Positions 22,989-32,900 of a stretch of 64,000 nt of DNA are shown in pieces. How positions within the stretch are numbered: the stretch's first letter is position 1; the number at the start of each line of letters is the position of its first letter. Made by a program: the position numbers and the translations under genes. Below the pieces are notes generated by a model. That model saw only the letters and a program-made list of their open reading frames with translations, was not told the origin of the DNA and made no database searches. The stretch is from Flavobacteriales bacterium (lineage in GTDB: Bacteria > Bacteroidota > Bacteroidia > Flavobacteriales_F > PHOS-HE28): positions 128,184 to 192,183 of the forward strand of contig JACJZJ010000001.1 in NCBI GenBank assembly GCA_020635675.1. Reading direction: 5' to 3'.

Positions 22989-25409
22989 CTACCGATGAAC
23001 GACCTTGCCGATCGCGCGTTCCTGGCCGCTGCCGTCCCGTAGTCCGATCACGAGCACGCCAGCGGGCAGATGGCTGATATCCAGGGAGATGCTCGTCCCT
23101 TTGGCCTGATGTCGCATCAGGGGACGGGCATGGGGGTCGCGTACGAGCAGTTCACCATTGATCGGTGCACCGTCCGGTCGGTCGATGGTGATACTATCTC
23201 CTGCAGGGTCCGGGTAGCAGCGGTATCCGACCCCCGGGGCGGGGAGCACTTCCTGGACCGCTGTTGCAGATGTTCGCCAGGCCAACGTGTAATCCCCAGG
23301 TCCGAATCCCACCACATCGATCCGAGCGAACTTGTCCGTGCTGCTTCCCAGCGTGTTTATCGTGTATGCGCCCTGATCCGACCACGGGAACGATGCATCC
23401 GGCCGATAAAGCACGGTCAGACTGTCCTCGTCGAAGGTCACACCGCCCACATCCTGCGCTAGGCCTTCATCGAACGCTCCCGAGGCCACTGGCCGCCCAT
23501 CAAAGGTGATCCGGGCATTGATCGAAGTGCCGTCCGGGAATTGCCCACCGACATGCCACCAGCGGTCCGGGGAGACCAGGTAGAGGTATTCCGGCTCCAC
23601 CCAGTCATCAGCGGCCACCCAGTATTCCTGAACGAACAAGGGGATGGCGGACGGTAACGTGTTCACCGTGAGACGGAGATCGGTGTGGTCCAGTTCACGG
23701 CTTCCGGTCTGGGTGAGGGTATCCTGGTCGTTGGTGATGGCAAGGCTGATCCGGTCGTCGTCGTTCACGCGGAGCTCCTGCGGTGGGAAGGGACACGACA
23801 ATTGGACCAGACCGGTGGCCCCGCCCAGATCGACGATCTGGCGATGGATCGTGCCATCGCCCGCCACGCAGCTGATGTTGACCGGGACCTGATGATAGTA
23901 GTGATCCGCGTGACGAAGCTTCTGCGCGAAATGGACGGCAACGGCATAGTTGCCTGCATCGGGCGTCACCCGGAAGGAATCCACCTCGAATGCGGCCCAA
24001 CCCGGTTGTAGGATCCAATCATCGAAGAAATCGGTCATGTCGATGCCCGTGGCCATGCTCAGATGATCACGAAGGTCCTCGGTACCGACGTCGGAATAGG
24101 CATACTGACCGAGAAAGCTGGTCAGCCCGGTCTGAAAGAGACTATCTCCCAAGTAGTTACGAAGGGTGTGCAGGGCGTCCGCCCCCTTGTTATAGGTAGT
24201 GGTACCATAAGTATGGTCCTGTGGCATATCGGCCAGGGCCCACCAACCTGCATCATCGATATGAGCCCTCCTCAACATGGCGTGATGGTTGTCGCGAACC
24301 TCCTCCATGTACCGTGCCGGGCCGTACACTGCTTCCAGGAAAAGGTAGCTGAGGTACTCCGCGAACCCTTCATTGATGTACATCTCCTCGGCATGGCGAC
24401 AGGTGATGAGATCGCCGAACCAGTGATGGGCGAGTTCGTGGGCCATGGTGGCTTCGTATTGCAATGTTCCGTTGACGATCGAACTCGGATAGGAGATGTT
24501 CGTCACGTGTTCCATTGCTCCCTGCGGTGTGATGCAGTAGCCCACGCGTCCCCAGGCGTAGGGACCGAAGCCCTCCTCGAACGCATCGAATGCTTGCTGC
24601 AGATGAAGGAAGGAGTTCTTCAGCGCGGTGGTATCGTTCGGGTGATCGACCAGTTCCACCGGCACGGTGTCCCCCGTAATGCTCACGAACCGGTCATGCA
24701 CTGCCGTGTAGTCGCTGGCCGTGACCGACGCGAGATAGCTGGGTACAGGTTCGTTGAGCCGCCAGACGGTCAATAGGGTGTCAGCTCCGATCTGGGTCTC
24801 CGAGATCCGCTCACCGTTGCACCAGGTCCTTCGACCCGCGTTGGTGAGCACGGCGAACGTGAAGGTGCACCGCTCAACGAAATTATCGAAGCAGGGGAAC
24901 CACGATCGGCCGAAGCTGTGGGGCTGCGATTGGAAGGCGACCCCAAGGTCATAAAAGACAGGTCCGGAGGTATAGAAGCCTCCCCAGCCGGACCCATCCA
25001 CGACGGGATCCCCATGATAGTGCACCACGGTGATCAGTGTGTCACCCGGTCCGTAGGCGCCATCAAGGACGATATCAAGGATCTCGCCCTGTTGGACGAA
25101 GGACAGCTGAGCTCCCTGGCCGATGACGGAGTCCGTGGTAAGGGCCAATAGGTCAAGTGGCAAGTGTGCGACGCCGCTTATCCGCGGCGCCCAGCGCAGT
25201 GTCGCCTTGCCGAAGATCAGGCCGCTACCCACTTGGGTCAGGTCCAGGTCGATGCGCGTGTCCAGGATGTCGATACTATCGCTACGGGTCGCCGCTGCCG
25301 CCTTGAACGCTGTGTTGTCCGGGACGGCGTTCCGGGCGGCCAAGCAGGTCGATTGGCCGTGAGCGATGGAGATGAGCGTGAACGAAGCGAAGAGCACTGG
25401 ATATTTCAT
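22989..25409 (-). CDS. M1-family zinc aminopeptidase with a type-A T9SS C-terminal sorting domain
   Basis: HELAHHWFGD-x18-E (HEXXH plus Glu) and the upstream GAMEH exopeptidase-like motif are present. There is a signal peptide (MKYPVLFASFTLISIAHGQ) and a C-terminal ~80-aa Por_Secre_tail-like segment (...ELLVRDPHARPL...LPAGVLVIGLRDGSGQERAIGKVVHR). Confidence 0.8.
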   Translation of the reverse strand: MKYPVLFASFTLISIAHGQSTCLAARNAVPDNTAFKAAAATRSDSIDILDTRIDLDLTQVGSGLIFGKATLRWAPRISGVAHLPLDLLALTTDSVIGQGAQLSFVQQGEILDIVLDGAYGPGDTLITVVHYHGDPVVDGSGWGGFYTSGPVFYDLGVAFQSQPHSFGRSWFPCFDNFVERCTFTFAVLTNAGRRTWCNGERISETQIGADTLLTVWRLNEPVPSYLASVTASDYTAVHDRFVSITGDTVPVELVDHPNDTTALKNSFLHLQQAFDAFEEGFGPYAWGRVGYCITPQGAMEHVTNISYPSSIVNGTLQYEATMAHELAHHWFGDLITCRHAEEMYINEGFAEYLSYLFLEAVYGPARYMEEVRDNHHAMLRRAHIDDAGWWALADMPQDHTYGTTTYNKGADALHTLRNYLGDSLFQTGLTSFLGQYAYSDVGTEDLRDHLSMATGIDMTDFFDDWILQPGWAAFEVDSFRVTPDAGNYAVAVHFAQKLRHADHYYHQVPVNISCVAGDGTIHRQIVDLGGATGLVQLSCPFPPQELRVNDDDRISLAITNDQDTLTQTGSRELDHTDLRLTVNTLPSAIPLFVQEYWVAADDWVEPEYLYLVSPDRWWHVGGQFPDGTSINARITFDGRPVASGAFDEGLAQDVGGVTFDEDSLTVLYRPDASFPWSDQGAYTINTLGSSTDKFARIDVVGFGPGDYTLAWRTSATAVQEVLPAPGVGYRCYPDPAGDSITIDRPDGAPINGELLVRDPHARPLMRHQAKGTSISLDISHLPAGVLVIGLRDGSGQERAIGKVVHR

Positions 25410-25504
25410 GGCATGCCATTGCGTTCCTGAGAGCACCGCCCCCGAGGCCAAAGCGTCCGGAAAGTTAGCCCGGCCTTGGGGAGGAACGCCAAGTTCAGGA
25501 TCCC

Positions 25505-25512
25505 TAACTTTG
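25505..25512 (+). promoter_or_regulatory. -7 box TAACTTTG, 43 nt upstream of the 25556 ATG
   Basis: Matches the Bacteroidota TAnnTTTG consensus. A near-identical inverted box (TAACTTTC, minus strand, 25460-25468) faces the aminopeptidase gene. Confidence 0.45.
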
Positions 25513-25555
25513 AGATGGCACCTTGTGATCCTGAGCAGGTCCCTGTCCCCAACGA

Positions 25556-27145
25556 ATGAAACCGAGTACCGAGCTGCATGACCTCATCAGGTCGCTGTCG
25601 AAGTCGGAAAAGCGCTTCTTCAAGCTGCATTCTGCGCTGCAGAGCGGCGACAAGAACTATCTGAAGATCTTCGATGCCATCGACAAGCAGAAGGTCTATG
25701 ACGAGGATGCGCTGAAGGAGCATTTCAAGGGCGAGACGTTCATCCGTCACTTCCCATCGGAAAAGAACCATCTGTACAAGCTGATCCTCAAGGCGCTCCG
25801 GGCCTATCACAGTGAGAGCACGGTGAGCGGCCTGCTGAAGCAGGAGATCAAGAATATCGAGATCCTTTACGAGAAGGCGCTGTACAAGGAGTGCAACAAG
25901 CTGCTGCACCGGGCCAAGCGGATGGCACGGGAGAACGAGAAGTTCTACTACCTGTTCGAACTGCTGAACTGGGAGAAGATGCTGCTTGAGGAGGCTTACG
26001 AGTCCGGCGAATTCACCAAGGACCTGGATGCCTTGATCGAGGAGGAGCGTGAGGTGATCGAAAAGCTGCGGAACCTAGCAGCCTACCATATCCTCTACTC
26101 CAAGATCAACTATGTGTTCAGGAGCGGTGGATACGTGCGCAGCGAGGAGGAGCATGCCATGGTGGAGGAGATCGCCCAACATCCATTGATCGTCGGCAAG
26201 AACACCGCGCTCAGCCACCGGGCCGCGACCATTTGTTTTTACACGCAGGGGTTTTGCGCCTGGGCCAAACGGGACTGGAGCATGGCACTCGCCAAATTCG
26301 AGCGGGTCAGGACCATTCTGGACGGCAACGAACAGATCAAACGCGACCTCCAGAAGCGCTACATCCGCACGCTCCATTACATCATCAACGCCCAGATCGA
26401 ACTCGGCGATCACCGTGCGGCCCAGGAAAATATCCGGGCGATGCGTGTTTTGAAGGACCGTCCCGGATTCAGCGGGCTGCACATCGCCGTGCAGGTGTTC
26501 AACGCCAGCTACCTCAGTGAATTGCGGTTGTTGGACCGCGTGGGTGAGCACGGGAAGGCCGTCGCACTTGTCGAGAAGGTCCTGGAAGGCATGGAGGAGT
26601 TCGCCTCAAGGATCCATAAGGAGCATGAGATCGAGTTCTACTATACCCTGGCGATCGTGCATTTCGGCGCTGACGAGATGAACAAGGCGCTCTTCTGGCT
26701 GAACAAGGTCCTCAACGACACGGAACCGACGCTGCGGCAGGACATCTTCACCTATGCACGGCTTTTCAATCTGGTCGTGCACTATGAATTGGGCAACTAC
26801 GACCTGCTCGAATACATCGTAAGGTCCACGCACCGCTTCTTGAGCAAACGGCACAGGGCGCATGATATGGAGAACGAGCTGATCGAGCATGTCAAGAAGC
26901 TTGGCAGGACCACCTCCTTACAGACGAAGCGCGAACTCTATGCGAGCCTTTATGACAGGCTCAGGGAGCTGATGAACGATCCGAACGAAAGCCTGGCGCT
27001 GAAGTATTTCGACTTCCTGTCCTGGGCACGTGCCAAGGTCGAGGGCATATCGTTCTCCGAGGCTGTGCGTATGCGTGGTGCCCGATCCAGCGGAACGGCG
27101 GGCATCAGCGACCGGAAGCCAACTCGTTCACCTTCACGATCTTGA
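25556..27145 (+). CDS. hypothetical cytoplasmic alpha-helical (TPR-like) protein, family not recognised
   Basis: 529 aa. I see no signal peptide or transmembrane segment. It is K/E/L-rich with an amphipathic heptad-like pattern. The 3' end overlaps the convergent OmpA-family gene by 40 nt. Confidence 0.6.
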   Translation: MKPSTELHDLIRSLSKSEKRFFKLHSALQSGDKNYLKIFDAIDKQKVYDEDALKEHFKGETFIRHFPSEKNHLYKLILKALRAYHSESTVSGLLKQEIKNIEILYEKALYKECNKLLHRAKRMARENEKFYYLFELLNWEKMLLEEAYESGEFTKDLDALIEEEREVIEKLRNLAAYHILYSKINYVFRSGGYVRSEEEHAMVEEIAQHPLIVGKNTALSHRAATICFYTQGFCAWAKRDWSMALAKFERVRTILDGNEQIKRDLQKRYIRTLHYIINAQIELGDHRAAQENIRAMRVLKDRPGFSGLHIAVQVFNASYLSELRLLDRVGEHGKAVALVEKVLEGMEEFASRIHKEHEIEFYYTLAIVHFGADEMNKALFWLNKVLNDTEPTLRQDIFTYARLFNLVVHYELGNYDLLEYIVRSTHRFLSKRHRAHDMENELIEHVKKLGRTTSLQTKRELYASLYDRLRELMNDPNESLALKYFDFLSWARAKVEGISFSEAVRMRGARSSGTAGISDRKPTRSPSRS

Positions 27146-29006
27146 ATTCCGTCCTGCGGTTCATCTGGTAGTCTTCCTCCGTGCAGGGACGGCCGTCGAT
27201 GCAACCGTTCACCGGTCGCGATTCACCATAGCCCTTGGATGTTATGCGGTCGGGATCGACACCCATGCGGATCAGATAGTCCACCGCGGAGTTCGCCCGA
27301 GCATCGGATAGAACGAGATTGTACAGGTCACTGCCTCGGCAGTCGGTGTGTGCGCTCAGCTCGAACGTAAGCCTGGGATTGTCAGTGAACAGCTTGGCCA
27401 GTTTATCCAATTCGGGAGCCGCATCGGGGCGGATGTCCCATTTGTCATAGTCGTAGTAGATGTTCTCCACCAGGAACGGTTTGTCCAACTGTACCGTGAT
27501 CAGGTGGATGTTCTCACGGAAGCTCGTACCGTTCACCGATCCTTCCGTGCTGATCTCCCGGCTTTCGGTCAGGCGTCCCTCCATTCGCGCCTCCAACCGG
27601 TAGCGTTTGCCCGCCTTCATGGGGAAGCGGAAGGAACCGTCCATTGCGGTGAGCACGGTCATCTCCGTGTCGCCATCAAGGGCGGTCAGATGCATCTCCA
27701 CCTGTGGCAGATAGGTGCCCGTCGTATCGTCGAATACGGACCCATCCACGAAGAGGACGGGATCCTTCACGAAGAACTGGTAAAGTCGGTCGCGGCCCGA
27801 GCGGTCGCTGCTGAAATAGCCGTGCTTGCCATCTTCGGACAACGTCATGCCGAGGTCGTCGAACGCACTGTTGATGGGATATCCCATGTTCTCTGGCCTT
27901 GACCATCCGGCACCTTCCGCATGTGTGGAGAAGATATCGAGCCCGCCCATGTTCATATGGGCCGTGCTTGCGAAGTAGAGCACATCGCCGCAAATGGTCG
28001 GGAACATCTCGTCACCTGCGGTGTTCACGGTCGGTCCCAGATTCTCGGGAGGTCCCCAGCCCGTGCCATTGTTCACGCATCGGAAGATATCCTTGCCGCC
28101 GAGCGTGCCCGGCATATCGCTCACGAAGTAGAGGACCCTGCCATCACCGCTGATGGCCGGCTGGCCGACGGAGTAGTCGTCACTGTTGTATGCGAACTCG
28201 TGCATGTCGCCCCAATGGCCCGAACTGTCCAATGTGGCCCGGAACAACTTGATGTTGCTCTCATCGATCTCGTTCTTCAACAACTTGCTGCGGTAGTAGT
28301 TACTTCGGCTGAAGAACATGGTCCGCCCATCCGCACTGAAACACGCAGGACCCTCATGGTATGCCCCGTTCACATCCCCGGGTAGCGGGACGGCGGCTTC
28401 CCAGATCGCGAAGGACCGTTTCCTGGCGTAGAAGAGGTCCAGGTATCCGTTGCCGTTCCAAGGGTTGGAGCGCGATGTGGCATCGGCACGCTCACCGGTG
28501 AACACGAGCCCATCCGCGTATGGGATGGGAGAGAATGCATTGGTGAAGCCGTCGATCGGCAGGGCGCTCACCACGTAGCGCGCGGAATCCTGGAGGAACA
28601 AGGCATCCTGTTCACACGAGAGGATCAGGTCACGTACCTCAGACCGCTCCGGGTTGAGCGCCAGCGCGTCCATGAACCTTTCGCTGGCCTCGTTCCGCTT
28701 GCCCAGGGCCATGAGCACTTCTCCGTACCGGATCGCATCTTCCGCGCCAAGAGGTCCGGACTTCAAGGCCTTTCCATAAAGGTCAGCGGCTTCGGCGTGG
28801 TGGCGCAGGCGGCGCTCGGTGTCCGCGGCGCGCAGCAGCACGGCACGGTCGTCGACGTTCTCGGACAACGCCTTGCCGTAGTGTGCGGAGGCACGTGCGT
28901 AGGCCATGCGTGCATAGGCCTTGTCGCCCTGGGCGAGTTGCCAACCCGAGCAGCTGGCCAACAGGATCGTGCCGGCGGTCGCGAACAGGATATTCGTTCT
29001 CCTCAT
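27105..29006 (-). CDS. OmpA-family protein with N-terminal TPR, a TolB-like beta-propeller and a C-terminal OmpA peptidoglycan-binding domain
   Basis: 633 aa. It has a signal peptide with a lipobox-like LLASC, TPR-like helices, repeated ...DG..L.F.SDR.G... blades, and a C-terminal OmpA_C motif (...NLVLSDARANSAVDYLIRMGVDPDRITSKGYGESRP...). It sits 3 nt downstream of the PorP/SprF gene. Confidence 0.85.
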   Translation of the reverse strand: MRRTNILFATAGTILLASCSGWQLAQGDKAYARMAYARASAHYGKALSENVDDRAVLLRAADTERRLRHHAEAADLYGKALKSGPLGAEDAIRYGEVLMALGKRNEASERFMDALALNPERSEVRDLILSCEQDALFLQDSARYVVSALPIDGFTNAFSPIPYADGLVFTGERADATSRSNPWNGNGYLDLFYARKRSFAIWEAAVPLPGDVNGAYHEGPACFSADGRTMFFSRSNYYRSKLLKNEIDESNIKLFRATLDSSGHWGDMHEFAYNSDDYSVGQPAISGDGRVLYFVSDMPGTLGGKDIFRCVNNGTGWGPPENLGPTVNTAGDEMFPTICGDVLYFASTAHMNMGGLDIFSTHAEGAGWSRPENMGYPINSAFDDLGMTLSEDGKHGYFSSDRSGRDRLYQFFVKDPVLFVDGSVFDDTTGTYLPQVEMHLTALDGDTEMTVLTAMDGSFRFPMKAGKRYRLEARMEGRLTESREISTEGSVNGTSFRENIHLITVQLDKPFLVENIYYDYDKWDIRPDAAPELDKLAKLFTDNPRLTFELSAHTDCRGSDLYNLVLSDARANSAVDYLIRMGVDPDRITSKGYGESRPVNGCIDGRPCTEEDYQMNRRTEFKIVKVNELASGR

Positions 29007-29009
29007 GGC

Positions 29010-29939
29010 TTAGAAGTAGCGCGGTGTCTTGATCTTGATCACATCCTGGCCCAGGTCCACTCCGAGCATCACTTCATGGGATCCCTGGGAATAGCCGCGC
29101 AGTTCACTGATGGTCATGTCGTAGGCATACCCCGCCCGGAGGTAGGGGGTGATCTTGTACTCGATCATTCCGACAATGGCGTCACCGGTGCGGTACCCGA
29201 CGCCGAACCAGAACCGTTCCTTGTACAGCACGTGGGTGTTCAGGTCCACCTCGAATGGTGCTTCGGGCTGGTATTTCACCATGATCGAAGGTTTGAGGTC
29301 GAAGTATTCGTTCAGATGGAATACCCGGCCGGCGGTCAGATAGTAGTGCTGTGTGAAGTAGTGACCCGTTGCGGTCTGAACTTCCGGTGAGACGGCCTGG
29401 TCCGCGGCGTATAGCATGGGTACGGATAGACCGACATAGCTCAGGGCGTCGTACCAATAGACGCCGAAGCCGAACTTGCCCACCAACTCGTTGCTGATGT
29501 TCTGAGCGAAGGCCGGGTCGTTCTCGTCCCAATAGCGCAATTGGTCGAGCTTGGCCGAGTAGAGCGAAAGCCCCGCCCTCAATCCAAGGCAGAGCTTGCT
29601 CGCGCCCAGTCGCAAATGGTAGCTGTAATGCCCGTCGATCTCCAGGTCCCGGCTCACGCCGATCTGGTCGTGCACGATGCTCAGCCCTACGCCCATTTTG
29701 TTGTTCATCAAAGGGCCGTCCACGGCGAACATGCTCGTGCGGGGGGCACCATCGACATGCACCCATTGGGCCCGGTGCAGCAGGCTGCCGCTCACGTACG
29801 GATGGGTGCCGGCATACGCAGGGTTCAGGAAAAGCCCGTTGAACATGTACTGGCTCACCATCACCTCCTGTTGGGTGAAGGCCGTCACCGGAGCGATGAA
29901 CACAGCGATGGCGAGGAGCGATCCAAGGGGTTTGCGCAT
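29010..29939 (-). CDS. PorP/SprF-family type IX secretion system membrane protein
   Basis: 309 aa. The signal peptide and the N-terminal MVSQYMFNGLFLNPAYAG are typical of PorP/SprF. There is a beta-barrel-like C-terminus. It lies directly 3' of the type-B-CTD gene. Confidence 0.9.
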   Translation of the reverse strand: MRKPLGSLLAIAVFIAPVTAFTQQEVMVSQYMFNGLFLNPAYAGTHPYVSGSLLHRAQWVHVDGAPRTSMFAVDGPLMNNKMGVGLSIVHDQIGVSRDLEIDGHYSYHLRLGASKLCLGLRAGLSLYSAKLDQLRYWDENDPAFAQNISNELVGKFGFGVYWYDALSYVGLSVPMLYAADQAVSPEVQTATGHYFTQHYYLTAGRVFHLNEYFDLKPSIMVKYQPEAPFEVDLNTHVLYKERFWFGVGYRTGDAIVGMIEYKITPYLRAGYAYDMTISELRGYSQGSHEVMLGVDLGQDVIKIKTPRYF

Positions 29940-29962
29940 GGTCGAGGTGGCTTTATCGGGGA

Positions 29963-32900
29963 TCAGCGACGCAGGTCTACATAGTTCTGGAGCGTGATGG
30001 CGCCGCCATTGATGTTCAGGAGCACGAAGTAGGTGCCGTCCGGGAGCGGCCGGCCTTGCAGGTTCTCACCGTTCCAGTCATTGCGGTAATTGAGCCGTTC
30101 GTAGACCTTGTTGCCCCAGCGGTTCATCACGACGAGCTCATTGCTGGAATAGCCGTCCAGACCCTGGATGAGGTAGAGGTCGTTCCGGCCATCACCATTG
30201 GGGCTGAAACCTGTGGGCAGGACCAGGTCCGTGGGTTCATCGAGGGTGATCTCCAGGATGGTCGTACACCCGTTCGCATCGGTTATGGTCACTTGATGCT
30301 CACCTGCACTGAGCCCGTTCACATTCGCCGTCGTTCCACCGTTCGTCCAATCGAATGTGTATGGAGGCGTTCCCCCCTGTACGGTCACGATGATCGATCC
30401 ATCATGCCCCTGAAAGCTGCTGACGTTGTACCCGTTCGGATAGGTATGCGCCGTGGCAGTGGCGGTCAGCTCGTCGCTTTGCCCGACCACATAGGTTTCC
30501 GACCAGGCGCATCCATCGGCATTCGTGATCGCTACCGTATATGTCCCGGCTTGGAGTCCCGCGAGGTCTTCCATGCCGCTGCCATTGTTCCAAGTGAATA
30601 GGAAAGGAGCCGTACCCGAGATTATCTGGAGATCTATGGCACCGCCGTCGGATCCATAGCACAGGGCATCTGTGACCGTGGCTTCGGCATCGATCCCCGG
30701 TGTGCCGGGTACATCAGTGGAAAGCTGCGCGGTGCATCCGTTCGCATCGACCACGGTCACACTGTACGCGCCGGCGGAAAGGCCGCTCAGGTCCTCACTG
30801 TTCGCGGCGCCATTCCAGGCGAAGGCGTAGGAAGGGCTGCCACCGCTGACGGTCAGGTCGATCGCTCCGGTGGACAGGCCGCATGCGGCTTCCGTGGCCG
30901 AAGCCTGAAGGACCAGGGGATCCGGTTCGATCAGGTCGATGCAGGATTGCGTTGCGCATCCGTTCGTGTCCACGATGGAGAGGCAATACGCGCCGGCAGC
31001 AAGTGCGGAAATGATCGGGTCGTTCGCACCGAAACCGTTCGGCCCGCTCCAGTCGAACTGGTAGCCGGGGGTGCCGCCATTGACGGTGGCTTGGACCGAC
31101 CCATCCCCGGCACCGTTGCACGAGATGGCACTCCCCCCGGGGAACGTGTCGGCGATCAGAACGACGTCAAAGGCTGGTGGGGCCGTGAGCGTGATGGTGT
31201 TGGACAACATGCAACCGTTCGAGTCGGTGACGGTCACGAAGTAGTCCCCGGCGATAAGGCCTGCGAGGTCCTCATCGGTGGAAGTGGATCCGTTCGGTCC
31301 GCTCCAGTCGTAGGAATAGCCGCCGCTTCCGCCTGCAATGGTCAGGTCGATGGTTCCATCCTGGCTGTCCGGGCAGCTCGTTTGATAGCCGCCCGCGAAG
31401 ACGGAAAGGAAATGGCTTTCCACTAGGGCGCTGTCCGGCTCGGACAAGGTGATCTGCATTTCATGCGTGCACTGGTTGGCATCGATGATCACGAGTTCGT
31501 AATCACCCGCAGGCACACCGGAAATATCCTCGCTGTCATAGCTCGTACTGTCGGGTCCGCGCCAATCAAAGGTGTAGGGCCCCGTGCCGCCGGCGACCGT
31601 CAGGTCCACGGAGCCGTCGCTCGCCCCATTGCAACTGATATTGGTGCCGCTCGGGAACAGCGCAGGGTCCAGGGATCCGGCCAACGGATCAGCCGGACTG
31701 GTCAGCGTGATCGATGTGTCCAGCGGGCATCCGTTCGCATCCGTGACCGAAAGGTGATATTCGCCGGCGACCAGCGCGTTGAGCGTGGCAGCCTGGCTGG
31801 CGAAACCGTTCGGTCCGCTCCAGTCGATGGTCAAAGGCAGCGTACCACCGGCTATGCTCACTTCGATCACCCCGGTGCTGTCCCCGGCGCATGGAATGTT
31901 CACGTTACCGTAGTTGCTGAGGTAGGTCGTAAGGTCCATCGGCGTCGATGCGGCGATCGTTGCGCTCTGGGTGGTCCCGCAATTGTTCGCATCGGTGATC
32001 TGCACCGTGTATTGGCCGCCGCCCAACGCATCGACATCCTCGGTGGTGGCCACGAAGCCGTTGGGACCGCTCCAGGTCGTGGCATAAGGGTCGACCCCGC
32101 CGGTGATGGTCAGGTCGATCGCGCCATCATCAAGGCCGTCGCAGACGTTGCCGCTCACGTCAAGCGTCGCGAGAAGGTCACCTGCCTGGTCGAGTGAATA
32201 GGTGCTACCTGCCGTACAGCCGTTCGCATCGGTGATGATCACGGAGTAGATGCCCGCGGCCATACCGGAAAGGTCCTCGGCATTGCTTCCGAACCCGCCC
32301 GTCCCGGACCAACTGAATTGATAGGGCGCGGTACCACCGCTTGGCGTAATGTCCACCGCACCATCGTTCCCGGAGCAGCCGACCTGATAGCCATTGCCCG
32401 CGTCGGACAGCGTGCCCGTGATCCCGACCATGGTCGGTTCGGTGATGGTCACCGACGCACCTGCGCTGCAACCGGAAACGTCAGTGACCAGAAGCTGATA
32501 GAGACCGGCCACGAGACCGGTCGGATCGGAATCGGAGGACGTGAATCCGTTGGGGCCGCTCCACGCATACATGTAGCCGCCCCCGCCGCCTGTGGTCGTG
32601 ATGGAGATGGTGCCTGCGGCGGAACCCTGGCAGGGCACGTTGTAGCCATTGCCGTATTGGCTCACGGCCACGTTGATCGCGATCGGAACAGGGGTGGTCA
32701 GTACCACCTGGGCGGCCTCGCTGCAGCCGTTGGCATCGGTCACTGTCACGGTATATGTCCCGGCCGCAAGACCGCTCAGGTCGAATGCGTTGGACTGGAA
32801 TGCGTTCGGCCCGGTCCAGTGCGAGGAATAGGGTGCGTTGCCTCCGGTGATCGAAAGATCGATCTCCCCGTCCGCGGACCCACCACAGCTCACACCCCCG

